Positions 40,232 through 53,960 of a stretch of DNA of 64,000 nt are shown one piece after another. Position numbers and translations under genes: made by a program. Position 1 is the stretch's first letter, and every line of letters begins with the position of its first letter. The stretch covers positions 8,184,001-8,248,000 of the forward strand of contig NC_043004.1 of the NCBI RefSeq assembly GCF_006345805.1, written 5' to 3'. This DNA comes from Octopus sinensis (Eukaryota). The notes beneath the pieces are model-generated. The model had not been told where the DNA came from. It saw only the letters and a list, made by a program, of their open reading frames with translations, and made no database searches.

Positions 40232-40770
40232 ATCTCTTTATTAACCACAAGGATTTACATTAAGAAAGACATTATGGACAATACAGGACAAAACAAAGAA
40301 TGTGTGTGTGTATGTGTGTGAGTGTGTTTGCTGTGAGGGTTTTGCGTGTAAACAAGACCAACAAAATTTAAAAGATCAACAATGTGTGATCTTCAATAGG
40401 GAGAAGACGTTCGAGGGTTGCTCATGGAAAGACCCCATAAAAACCATGGGTACCACGACTTTTGGGGCAGCTGCCTCTTTTTCTTTCCTTTTTTTCCAAC
40501 TACAGGCGTATGCTCAGAACAGGCCCGTTCGCTCGCACCATTCTTGCCACTTTCATCCACCTTTCATCGAATTGGCGAGAAGACAATACTTCCCTCTCTT
40601 TCCTTATTTTGCTTTTCAAGCGAAACTTGAAGAAGTTGATCAGGGATTGGCCAAAGGAAAAAGTGGTTGTCTTCAGCCCCCTTCAATCTCGTCACCATAC
40701 AACTTCTTTCGCCATGGCCACTAAGCATATAAACACAGCTTTTCCTTCTCGGTTAAAGGAAGGCGATGGC
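40232..40770 (-). mobile_element. LINE 3' end, probably L1/Tx1 clade
   Basis: Minus: AVFICLVAMAKEVVW/TRLKGLKT...INFFKFRLKSKIRKEREVL...FDERW*, then UTR, AATAAA and (ATT)n. Confidence 0.65.
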
Positions 40771-40812
<42 letters not shown>

Positions 40813-40847
40813 TAATAATAATAATAAATAATAATAATAATAATAAT

Positions 40848-41586
40848 GATGCAGTACCATGCCCTGATGCAGTACCAGGCAGTGGCTCTCATGGCTTCTG
40901 ATCTTAACTGATTGGAAGTGTTATCATGTACATTGTTTTGTCTTGGTATAAAAGATGGGCTACAGCAAATATTCTGCTCAATACCACAGATTTGCTTGTC
41001 AGTAGTTTGACCTTAACCAGTTGAGCATGTCCTTAGTGGCTGACGATATGTGCATCTCTGATCACGAGCAGAAGTAGTGGGGGAGCATCATAGCCATGTG
41101 TTGAGAGGGATTCTTTGGGGTTGAATAGTTCACCTCTGGAAACATGGGTGGTTCTTTCAACATCCTTAAACAACCCTTATTCAGGGACCGTTTGAGCGGG
41201 ATGGGCTACTCAACCTGAAGAAAATTTTAACTGGGCCCCACCTGCAAGGTCATGTGCTGTTTATCTTGATATGAGATCACCATGTCGCGCACATATGGTT
41301 GTGATGCATGTGCCTGGTGTACCTTTATCAGACGGGTAGTCATGATGGGTATATTGGGCTTCGTATATTTTACCCCAGTGTCACTTTGATGGCATGAACT
41401 GCTCTCTCACTCAATAATAATAATAAAGTGTCGCGCACATATGGTTGTGATGCATGTGCCTTGTGTACCCTTATCAGACGGGTAGTCATGATGGGTATAA
41501 TGGGCTTCGTATATTTTACCCCAGTGTCACTTTGATGGCATGCACTGCTCTCTCACTCAATAAAAAAAAAACTAAAAATAATAATA

Positions 41587-41637
<51 letters not shown>

Positions 41638-42387
41638 TGCAGTACCATGCCCTGATGCAGTACCAGGCAGTGGCTCTCATGGCTTCTGATCTTAACTGAT
41701 TGGAAGTGTTATCATGTACATTGTTTTGTCTTGGTATAAAAGATGGGCTACAGCAAATATTCTGCTCAATACCACAGATTTGCTTGTCAGTAGTTTGACC
41801 TTAACCAGTTGAGCATGTCCCTTAGTGGCTGACGATATGTGCATCTCTGATCACGAGCAGAAGTAGTGGGGGAGCATCATAGCCATGTGTTGAGAGGGAT
41901 TCTTTGGGGTTTGAATAGTTCACCTCTGGAAACATGGGTGGTTCTTTCAACATCCTTAAACAACCCTTATTCAGGGACCGTTTGAGCGGGATGGGCTACT
42001 CAACCTGAAGAAAATTTTAACTGGGCCCCACCTGCAAGGTCATGTGCTGTTTATCTTGATATGAGATCACCATGTCGCGCACATATGGTTGTGATGCATG
42101 TGCCTGGTGTACCTTTATCAGACGGGTAGTCATGATGGGTATATTGGGCTTCGTATATTTTACCCCAGTGTCACTTTGATGGCATGAACTGCTCTCTCAC
42201 TCAATAATAATAATAATAAAGTGTCGCGCACATATGGTTGTGATGCATGTGCCTTGTGTACCCTTATCAGACGGGTAGTCATGATGGGTATAATGGGCTT
42301 CGTATATTTTACCCCAGTGTCACTTTGATGGCATGCACTGCTCTCTCACTCAATAATAATAATAATAAAATAATAATAATAATAATA

Positions 42388-42450
<63 letters not shown>

Positions 42451-42963
42451 TATTAACTGATTGGAAGTGTTATCATGTACATTGTTTTGTCTTGGTATAA
42501 AAGATGGGCTACAGCAAATATTCTGCTCAATACCACAGATTTGCTTGTCAGTTGTTTGACCTTAACCAGTTGAGCATGTCCCTTAGTGGCTGACGATATG
42601 TGCATCTCTGATCACGAGCAGAAGTAGTGGGGGAGCATCATAGCCATGTGTTGAGAGGGATTCTTTGGGGTTTGAATAGTTCACCTCTGGAAACATGGGT
42701 GGTTCTTTCAACATCCTTAAACAACCCTTATTCAGGGACCGTTTGAGCGGGATGGGCTACTCAACCTGAAGAAAATTCTAACTGGGCCCCACCTGCAAGG
42801 TCATGTGCTGTTTATCTTGATATGAGATCACCATGTCGCGCACATATGGTTGTGATGCATGTGCCTGGTGTACCTTTATCAGACGGGTAGTCATGATGGG
42901 TATATTGGGTTTCGTATATTTTACTCCAGTGTCACTTTGATGGCATAAACTGATCTCTCACTC
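40848..42963 (+). repeat. Five 3'-coterminal copies of a (TAA)n-tailed element: long 40848-41412, short 41428-41558, long 41636-42202, short 42221-42351, long 42453-42963
   Basis: All end ...ctctcactc followed by AATA/(AAT)n; variable 5' truncation; separated by (TAA)n. Confidence 0.9.
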
Positions 42964-43892
42964 AATAATAATAATAATAGTATGAAGAAGGGGAAGAATA
43001 AGAAGACAAAGTAGATGAAGAAGAAGCAGAAAAAGAAGAAAGAAAGGAGCAAAATAACTTGTATTGTGTAAAACTATTGTCCATGCACACACAACGCCAA
43101 TTGTTTTGTACTTGTACTGTTTTATAATTTTGCAAAAGTAAAAACAAAAAGCGCATCGCAAAGAAAGCCTGCTGACATATTTGGGGTACGGCTAGTCATA
43201 CATTATACCATTACAGTGGCTATTGTCCAAAAGGGAAAAGCTACTTGTTTGGGTCATGATGTCACGGTGTAAACGGCTTGAAAATAAATGACAACTTTTG
43301 GACTATTGATACTAATATGGTTTGTAGAAGTGGGCACTTAGCGTTTCGCTCTCTACGTTCAGCCATCTCTCACTTCTTCCTCAGTCTTTGAAAGGTCTGC
43401 GTTTTAATAAGAGATTCTAGTGTCATGTTTGGTGCGAAGGGAACATAACTGAAGTGCTGAGGAAGATGTTTTGGTTATAGTTCCAGTTCACAGTCGAGGT
43501 TGCACTTAGGTCATCTCTTTGATGTCAAAACGCACACACACACACACACACGCACACACACACACGCACACACACACACAACACACACACACACACACAC
43601 ACGCGTTTATATACATACAGGCATACGTACATATGCATGTATATATGTATATAGACATGCATCTCTCTCGTCTTTTCTACATATATATGCGTATACATGA
43701 ATATATGTATTTATACGTGTCTGTATATAGTTATGTAAATGTAAGTATATATTATATTATATTATGTATTTATCACTAGTGCATTAGATATCCTGTTTGT
43801 ACAAATTGATGTAACGAATATACAATTCGTCGTGCTACTATAAGAAAGTGCTTATAATTTTTATATTCCCCTTCTTGAGAAGCGTGGTTCAA

Positions 43893-43931
43893 CTTGACTA
43901 GTTTCTAGTCTTATTAGAATTTCATCAGAGA
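43893..43931 (-). ncRNA. Decayed hammerhead
   Basis: CTGATGA-aattc taataa gacta-GAAAC TA GTC; core and palindromic stem III intact, stems I and II eroded. Confidence 0.4.
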
Positions 43932-45101
43932 AAGAAGCGGTTCTTCTTTCCTCAGGAACTTCATTACTTTCTGGCCTTTTAAAATAGAATCTGAGGCAAA
44001 GGTAAATTAGTCTATCTAATTTGTATAACGATAGCGTATCCACTTTATTTACACTGCAAAGAGAAGGGAAAGTATACGAAATATATACATTATGATAAAA
44101 GTCATGCATATATGCACATAGCCAACCACGCACAGACGTACACATCACACACACGCACACACGTACACAGCACACACGCACACACGTACACAGCATACAT
44201 GCAATATTCATATCGGTAATTTATACTACCATAGATATGCCAAATAAATTGGTTTAACGTGAGAAGGCCTGACTAGGGATCTTAGCGCTCCACAACATTC
44301 GGCTTGCTAAGTTATTCAGGCCTTGTTCAAAGCAAAAGCTTGGAGGATGATTAATATCGGAGAAAGCGAGAAATGATGAGAAAAGTTAAAGAAAAGAAAA
44401 GCCGAGTGTTAGCTCATTCTGTGATGAAGGAGAAGAAATGTGAGAGAAAAATTTGGATCAAACATTAAAGGATGCAATGAGTGGGTTGAACTCTGAGCGA
44501 AGATATTGCTTTAGTATGAAATGCCATAATCAAATATTCAAAATTGTTTTCTCGAGAAATTCTTCATTTCACATCATTGTCAATTCTTTCAAAGACAACA
44601 TAGGTGTCGCTAATGACGTAGCTGTTTATCTGGTTGTATGAAAAATGATATAAAGTTGATTTTTTAAAAACTTAAATTGGTCCTCAACTATATGAAACGT
44701 TGCTTTTGTGTTTGGCTTGAGGCAACTGAGATGACTTGTGTCATATAAACACTCGACTTGAGAAAGCATGTTTTAGTCTAAAGGGTGACCACCTTTCTTT
44801 CTACATAGGCATTTTGGGATTTTATTTGGCTTCAGTTTGGGTGTTCTTCTGGATTTCATGCTGAGAGGACAGTTGACACATTTCACTGCACGCTTTGATG
44901 ATCTTACTATATCAGTGCTGTACTGGGGAATATATACTTGGAAGTGCCTTGGATTTCCTACCTACTTTAGTTTTAAAATTTAAAGAGGAAGGATATGCGA
45001 ACTAGATAAATTTTATAGGGTATCTTTCTGTATCCTTTGGTTGTTACGGTTTAGACGATCCGTTCATTAAAGCCGCTATTTAGCAGAGCCCTATTATTAT
45101 T

Positions 45102-45760
45102 GTACAGGGTGACCATAAAATGTCTTTTGAAGAGAATAGAATGGAAGTCCTGTGGTTAGTGTTGAAAATGAGGTTTCTAAAAATTGCAAGAGTGAGAGGA
45201 ATGTTTATTTATATATCTCAAGTTTTCTTTGCGGCTTTTCCTCCGTTTCAGGTATAGTGATGCAGCTAGGAAATTTGCCTGAATTAAATTAATATCTGAA
45301 TTATTTTGAGGCCACAGCTATTAAAGGATGCGATTAGGTTCTTTCGGAAAGTGTCTAAAGCATGGCCATCGGATTGGTGTAAAACCGTTATATGGTCGAC
45401 TCGGCATAAATCAATGCTGTGGTTGAGGGGTCTGTGCTTCGAGAGTTCTAGTTCACTCTCATCGTTCCTATGGTATAATGACTTCTGGGCATCGAACAGA
45501 GATTATCTGCTTTAGACATTTTGATCATAGACCTCACTGCGCTTGCCAAAGAACTGATGAAAGAAGCACTCACACACACAAAAAGAAATGTACGATAGAG
45601 TACAGTGGTTGGCGTCAAAAACTTAAATTACTAAGATAATGGTGAATGGAAGTCACGTCGTTTATTGGAATCATTAGGCGCTTGCTTCAATGAATCTGTA
45701 CTTGCCGTTGATTATTATCGCCATTGAAAGTCGACTGATTACCTCGATTTATTTTATAAG
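45102..45760 (+). mobile_element. Tc1-like DNA transposon fossil
   Basis: TACAGGGTG terminus-like motif at ~45103; RFFRKVSKAWPSDWCKTVIWS resembles WxxVxWSDE; LSPIE..DYL relic with a frameshift near 45715-45750. Confidence 0.4.
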
Positions 45761-47924
45761 TGGATCAGATTTCGTTAAATCCTCAAGAAATGAAACGTCA
45801 AATGAATTATGAAAGATATTCTAATATTTCAAATAATTAAGATCCCTTTTTGGCAGCCAGTAATGTTTTAAACTGGAACATGCACCCGCGTCTATATTGA
45901 TGGTGGTGGGGTCGATTCATTTTATTTTAGCCAAGCTAAGGATTTAATTTACATATGGAGCCCTAAGTTTTCTCTTGGAAAATTTAATTAAATTTCGTTG
46001 CATTTATATCACATTTGTAGTGGAGCCCCTAAAAGGTCATAGGGACTGCATTTCTTCCCCCTACAAAGTCACGAAGCGAGAAAATTTTAGAAAGGAATAT
46101 TTGATATTTTATGTATGAATTAGATATAAGTGGATTTTGAAACATGAACCTAATTAGGTAAGAGATATCTGGACAAAATAGCACACACACACACACGTGT
46201 GTGTGTGTGTGTGTATGTGTAAATATCTTTATATGTATGTATGCATATGCATATATGTATATGTGTATAAAAGTACGTATGTGTGTGCGTGTGTGTGTAT
46301 GTGTGTGAGTTTCATGTACACACTAGTTTAGATAGACACTAGTTTGTGTTTGTCAGTTCCCGCTGAAACTACTTGGTGGGAAGCTGAAGGACATACAGAA
46401 TTGAACATAAATTATAAATAATTTCTGTGTGAAAATATTTATAAAAATATTTGCTGTAAGAATCTCTGTGATAGGCATCTAAAAGTTCACAAACATGTCG
46501 CCATCATGGATAAATGAACAAACAAATAAGAAAATAAATAAATAAAAAAACTGAACAAAATGTCTTTATACATTTAGCTACATATCGTTGTTCCTGAGTT
46601 TGATTGCCAGCATGAAAGATTTTAACAACAGAAAAATATGTTTGGAGTTTGCTAACGTTAATTTGTGGTAAGCAGTTCAATTTTCATCTTCCGCGATCGT
46701 ACTTTTCAAACATGGGCCGCGTTTTTGCTGCAACTGGGCAGAAAATTGCAGATGGAAATTCTGTCCATTAAATTTATTTGGGGTAAATTGCGAGGCACAC
46801 AAATATTATGGCGATTCACGTATCCAAGTGTGTTTCATTGCTCTTTAACACTAACACTCATATTCCTAAACACATAGTCTTGTACTTCCCGTTCACCAAT
46901 TCCTAAGGCATTAAGCGTTTCGTACAGAATTAATCCTCTGATCTTAGTTCATCTCGCTCTTGATGAGCAAACTGCGATAATTACCTATATCAATATATTT
47001 ATCCATTTTTACTTCCTATTTCTCCACTTCATTTTCATTTTAGAACTATATACTGTTTCTGCAAATTATAATTTCATAATAATTATAATATATCGTAATA
47101 TATTATAATAATAATTATATTCCAACCACCTTTTGATTTAGTGCTTTACATGATTTCCTGGGAAGTGCGTAGTTAGTTTTTTAACCTAATATCTTTATAT
47201 TTATCGTTTGTACACCGTCTCTAATATGCTTTTTCATTTCATTTCACTTTCTTCTATTATATATTTGGTTTTCGTTTAGGCTTATCCCTTCCATCAATTA
47301 ATGATTCTTTGAGAATGAAGTCATGACTGCTACATCTGGAACATGAATCCTTATGCCTCTTCGCATATTGTATCCCTGCCTTTGTCCTGCGCACTACAAC
47401 ATTTAGATGTAACAATTGATCATATCTCAGGATATATTGCGATTTCCTGTCTCTTTGTTTCCTTTTTTTTTATTTCAAGGAGTATCCGCGTAATTGTCTC
47501 TCTATGACATTCAAACACCACCCACCTAATTATATTTAGGATTCTATTTGTCTGTATACGCACTCTGTCAAAAGTTGGGATGAGATAGCTAAAGGAATTT
47601 TCTTTCAATATTACTTAGAAATCTATAATTTTTGTATATATACGAAAAAGCATGTTGATTGATAGAATAATCACATGGGTTATTTAAACGATCGTAACTA
47701 GAGAATAAGTGTGCTGTTTCTGTTGGTTTATTTTATATCCTGCGACAGATATACATACCTTTGATTTTCAGGTTGTATAGAATTCTTTGCATTTATTGGT
47801 TGATTTCCTCTCTCTATATTCTGGTAGTCGGAATTTCAAATGAAGGACTGATTGAGATATTCAGGATTCCCTGAAGCACCATTTAGACATGTATATTCAC
47901 ACATATGTCAATCTATGTGTATGC

Positions 47925-48216
<292 letters not shown>

Positions 48217-48726
48217 GCAACCGTCAGAGAGAATACAGAAAGGAAAGTGAAAAGAAAGAGATTGACGTGTAAAACTGACAACGCTTCTGCATAAAAATTA
48301 AGATTCTTACTTAATCCCCTTTTTTTCGTTGTAACTCGCACACGCTCCACAGCACTTTCCATGTTTCATTCTCATTTTACGAAAAGAGGAAGGACGACAA
48401 GTTTTTTTTTGTTCATGCCTCATTTTGAGTTACACGTGCATCTACATGCGAAAGATTCGCCGATAAATATCAGTGTTGTTTCGGGATAAACAGATGAAAC
48501 CGGACGATTACACACACACACACACAGACATACAGATACACATACACACAAACACAGACCCACACATACACACACATACAAGTATGCACAAGCCCATATA
48601 CTAGCACACATACAGAGATATATGCCTTCTTACATATATACAAAACTCACAAGCTTAAACATGTGCGAATACATCCACACACACACACACACACACACTC
48701 ATATATATATATGAGTGTGCGCGTGC

Positions 48727-49139
48727 GCGTGTACGCACGCATGAGTGTGGATGGCATTTGACATGGTGCTGCGTGTGTATATATGTGCCTGTATGGAGGT
48801 GAGACTGGTGTGAGTGTGTATGTATGTGTAGTGTGTGTGTATGGCCCACACACACGCGTAGGCGCGCACGCGCACGCACGCGCACGCACGCGCACGCACG
48901 CGCGCGCACGGGCGGGCACGCATATATACACACACCATCCTACCCCAAAAAATTCTTTAAACAACACACATCTATTTTCGTCACCCTGGAACCATTCAAA
49001 AACAGCCCCCACACACACGCAGACGCATGTATACGTGTGTGTGCACGCACACTCACACCAGTCTCACCTCCATACAGGCACATATATACACACGCAGCAC
49101 CATGTCAAATGCCATCCACACTCATGCGTGCGTATACGC
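48727..49139. repeat. Inverted repeat, 92-bp arms (48727-48818 / 49048-49139)
   Basis: Near-perfect reverse complement. Confidence 0.9.
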
Positions 49140-49457
49140 ACACGCACACGCGCACGCGCGCACACATGCACACACAACACCATGACAACCACACACACTT
49201 GACAAACAGACGCCATCTGACCAAATACTACAGACACACAGACACATCTATTCACACACACGCAGAGAGACACATATATTCACCTCATCCTAACCCCAAA
49301 ATCATTGATGCTTGAAGGAAAGTCAAAAACAGAAAAAAACGGGTACATCTTTCTCAATTCAACATTTCTGCTAAAACGGACAGGTCAGTAAACAAACTCG
49401 CCATGAATTCATAATATTCTGTACTGACCCTGAGATGTATAATATATTCATTTTAAT

Positions 49458-49728
49458 CTTTTCTGCCCATTTTTTCAAATATTCTCATCATACTGTTGTA
49501 CTTTCTTATGTTATTAGCATGTCCTTGTTACCAAAGACTGTTTATATACATGTAATGTGGCAATTTGCAACAACCAAAAATTAACGCAACCAAACTTCCA
49601 ATAATATATTTGTTTTATTCTTTTCTGCCCATTTTTTCAAATATTCTCATCACACTGTTGTACTTCTTTATGTCCTTAACATGTCCCTGTTACCAAAGAC
49701 TGTATATATACATGTTATGTGGCAATTA
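49458..49728. repeat. Direct duplication of ~108 bp (49458-49566 / 49620-49728)
   Basis: ttttctgcccattttttcaaatattctcatca...ttaccaaagactg...atgtggcaatt occurs twice. Confidence 0.85.
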
Positions 49729-49888
49729 TGTAAAAAACTTTTTTGAATTCATAATATTCTATGTTACTTTTGACAATCTTTTTCCAAAGAGTGAAACCGG
49801 TTAAGTAAATAAACATCTTTTAAATTACATTTTCAAACCTTCTTTCGTATATAATTCCACTCGTGAGATACCCCACAACTCAACTTTG

Positions 49889-49954
<66 letters not shown>

Positions 49955-50347
49955 ATATTTTCTATTTTTTCATACATTTGATGCAATAGCGAATACTTTG
50001 CAGTGAGATCTTTTCAAGAATCACTTTTTAATCCCATCTTATTATCGTGCTATATGAGACTTCAAAGATAAGTTTTTTTTTCATCGCAATTTACGTTATA
50101 AATACTTCCAAAGTTTCCAATAAGATTATGTTTCTTCCTGTTGGGAATATACAGGAGAATAAAATGAAAGATTAATAATATAAAATATATCAAATATTAA
50201 ATCTAATAAGAGTAAGAAAATATTATAATTACTGATAGTTGTATGTAAAAGGTTGGCTGGAAAAGATCAGCACCACCGCAATTAACTAGCAAACTACTAA
50301 AGGCAAGCAAAGTATGCAGTGTACGGTTTGAAACGATGTTGCTATGC

Positions 50348-50411
<64 letters not shown>

Positions 50412-50450
50412 GTGTATATATATATGTATATATATATATACATCTATCTA

Positions 50451-50508
<58 letters not shown>

Positions 50509-50540
50509 CATATATGTGTGTGTATATATATACGTGTGTC

Positions 50541-50574
<34 letters not shown>

Positions 50575-50616
50575 CATATATACATATATGTGTGTGTATA
50601 TATATGCGTGTGTCTG

Positions 50617-50650
<34 letters not shown>

Positions 50651-50814
50651 TATACATACTTACACACACACACGCAGACATATATACGATGGATTCTCTC
50701 GTTGTGAACGACGAATGAGAAATTTCCCTTTTTAGCTTTCTCTCTCTCTCTCCTTCCTAGTATACATGTATATATGTATACATATTGATGTATATACATG
50801 TATACATGCATACA

Positions 50815-50904
<90 letters not shown>

Positions 50905-50922
50905 CGTACATATATCTGTATA

Positions 50923-50984
<62 letters not shown>

Positions 50985-51230
50985 ACACAAAATAAACATG
51001 ATGAATTATACATCTACACAGTGTTTATTATTACGGCCATGCGCTCAATTCGCTTTAAACCTCTGCCTGACATGTTTCTGCTACACGGATGTCTTGCTAT
51101 GTCTTGCTGTTCGTATTATCCCTCTCCAATCACTGTATAATATATATATTTAACAATTAGTAAATTTTGAACGCAGTAAAGCTGCAAGAAGCTGTAAGGG
51201 ACTAGAGCCTGTACCGCGTAGCCAACTGTT

Positions 51231-51307
51231 GGAGGGTATATCAGCCAAAGCGTTGTATTAGCAACAAACAAGATGAGGACAAATATCCGTCAAATGTAAA
51301 TAATGTA
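51231..51307 (+). mobile_element. Fragment of the same pLTR as 19549-19625
   Basis: ggagggtatatcagcc...aacaaacaagatga...caaatatccgtcaaatgtaaataatgta. Confidence 0.8.
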
Positions 51308-51529
51308 TATAATGAATCGACACATTAGCCACAATAAATTTGCCAGTCCTGTGAAAAACAATAACCATATCTTCATCAAATCACTCCCAATCGGATTTTA
51401 TGGAAGAAAACATATATTCGATAACGTGTAATCGTTCACTATAAATTGCTTTGTTAAGAAATGTCGTTTTGGTTTGAACTAGCTTTGATGAGAGATCTTC
51501 TTCATCGACAAAGAGCCGACCTTTAGATA

Positions 51530-51890
51530 AACCATAAGAACACAACCTCAACTCATTCTCCAAAATATATCAAATATATTCCGGAGGCTGGAATGAACTC
51601 ATCTCCACAACAAAAGATACATAGTTCGAAGAGGTGTTTACGAGGAAAGAATTCGGCAATATCTTAGATCTTAAGATGTTTATAAATATTGAAATAAACA
51701 TAATTGAGAAAGTTTCAAAGAATATATTGCTCGTGTTAAAAGGGGGATCTCTTTGCCCCCATTATCTTCGTTTGTTTGGATAGACACACTTTGTGATGAT
51801 ATTCGAGAAGGTCACAACTATTTCGCTCGGTGGCAGCCATTTTGACGGTCACCGAGTACAAAACTAGATTCGATGATATTCTTGGATCAA
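51530..51890 (+). mobile_element. Ancient LINE RT remnant
   Basis: VLKG/GDLFAPIIFVCLD resembles GVLQGDxLAPxLF; LD..DDI relic near 51865-51880; needs frameshifts. Confidence 0.35.
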
Positions 51891-53015
51891 TTGTTATTGC
51901 TATATTTATTAAATTAGATAAGTGGAGATGTGGTACAGCAGAAATCGGTTACGAAGATAGATAGATAGATAAATAGAGAGAGAGAGAGAGAGAGAATAAA
52001 ACAATTTTCTTGTTTCTTTTTTCTTTATGTTATTGTTGTTGTTGCTCTTTCTTCTTCTTCTTCTTCTTCTTCTTCTTCTTCTTCTTCTTCTTCTTCTTCT
52101 TCTTCTTTCTTTCTTTCTTTCTTTCCTGTTGCTCCTGATGTTTGTTGCTGTTGCTGTTATTGTTGCTGCTGCTATTATCTGTGTAAATTGGAAACACATG
52201 GCTGTAAATCACGTCTGCACGCAGCAGGACCGATCGCCTGCCTACTCTTATGTTTCTGGATGCATCAACCGACCCCCCTTCCCTTCCCTATAACAGTATC
52301 TTCTGTCTCCGCTCGTATATTTTATTTCAGATAAACCCAACACAAACTTTTAAATTAGATAAATTACCGTTTGTACATGTTCGTGTTTCGAAGTGTATTG
52401 GCATACATACACACACACATACATACATGCATACAGACAGACACGCACATATACACATATAAATACGCATTTATGTATGTATGTATCGTATGCGTATATC
52501 TAGTTGTCAATGTGGTTGAGTATTTCAGCGTCTAATATGCTGAGTTGTGTATGTATCGCTATGAGTTACTTTGAAGTATCTGCTGTGTCTTTACATATAT
52601 TACTGAGTATGCCGTTGCATGCATGTGTGACGAAACATATACTTGTGTGTGTTTTTATCCATTATTTTTGCAGTATCGGGAGAACAATAGGATTCGCTTG
52701 AAGTCTCGCAAATTTTGGTGATCTAAAATCATTCTCTACAAATATTTTAAAATTTCATTTTTCACCGTGAGAGAATTCCATTGAAAGATAAAACGAATAA
52801 CTCACATAATGGGCCCATACTTATCATGCTAAACAATTACGGCTAGAATAACGTTTCTCGCTCCCAATTATATTTGACACTGAAATGAGCGTTTGAACTG
52901 CAAACCTTGTGGGGTGGGGGCTTTATGCAAACAGGGAAACAGAAGCCATGTGAATTTAATGAAGGTTATAAAACTTGTCAACCAATAAATAAATGCAAGT
53001 ATGACTAGACTATAA

Positions 53016-53054
53016 TATGCTGACGATGTTCAGTAAACCCGAAACATGTTCATA
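53016..53054 (+). ncRNA. Type-I hammerhead (stem II weakened)
   Basis: TATG-CTGACGA-tgttcagtaaaccc-GAAAC AT GTT-CATA. Confidence 0.6.
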
Positions 53055-53691
53055 GTTGTCTGCAAACAAAACATCAGACGATCAGACTAAATTTGAGAGA
53101 ACTTCATTCTTAATTTCTTAAAAGTATTATTTCCACACTTCTTTGAAAGTCGCTGAAGATTCTGCATCATTTTTTTTAACTAAGAGTAAGTTTGTAATTA
53201 ATTCAGAAGTTTTGCATACATCATTTCTTTGTCTTTTTATCTAAATTCATACCATTTGATCCCTTTAATTATTTCCTGTAGCTCATTATATCTGTCGAGT
53301 AATTTAATTATACTGGCTAACAAATTTTTGTAGCTAATTTTCTATAAACCTGTTCAACTGATCAATGCAGGCTTCATTAACTGATAAGGTCTAATAAGGC
53401 TGAAATTTATCTATAGTCGTCTTTTGTCTGGAAAGTTCAGTTTTTTTTTCCCGAAGCAATAAATTGATTTTGGGGAATTAAATCTTAATTTCTTAAAAAT
53501 CATTTCTCCTTGCTTGTTAGGGTTTTCTTTGTTTCCTACGACCAAATTAGACATCTTAAATAAACTGATACATTTTTATGCACATGTCATTCAGAACATT
53601 GGTTTTTAACTTGTTTTGTTATCTGTGATTAGTCTACAGTTACTGGATTGTTATTCAATCAAATAGATTTCACGTTACCATGTGAGTGCAA

Positions 53692-53960
53692 GTGAAATGT
53701 AAATAGTTGTTCATCGTCACGATGGATAACATTTAGTCATCGTTCGTTGTTTAATGGTAAATCTATCCAGCAGACGACAGAAATCTAGGGTGACTATATA
53801 AACGGCTGTACTCAATATTAGCCGCGAGAAGAGGTGAAATGTAATCATTGTTCATTGTCTTTTTCTGATAATGTTTAGTTATCAAACTTTAATGGCAAAT
53901 CTATTTGGCAGACAACAGATATCTAGGGCGTAAATGCAATCGTTGTACTCAATATTAACC
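53692..53960. repeat. Diverged tandem duplication, period ~140 bp
   Basis: gtgaaatgtaa...aaatctat...gcagac.acaga.atctaggg...tgtactcaatatta occurs twice. Confidence 0.8.

Noticed and set aside
40848-42963. CRISPR-like or functional array
   Set aside because: Units are long, 3'-coterminal and separated by simple TAA tracts; eukaryotic repeat context
43340-43385. Minus-strand CTGAGGA...GAAACGC
   Set aside because: No stem II or stem I pairing
44270-44940. Possible LTR-retrotransposon integrase fossil on the minus strand (CVNC, HP motifs)
   Set aside because: Too degenerate to call by eye; needs a TBLASTN/HMM search
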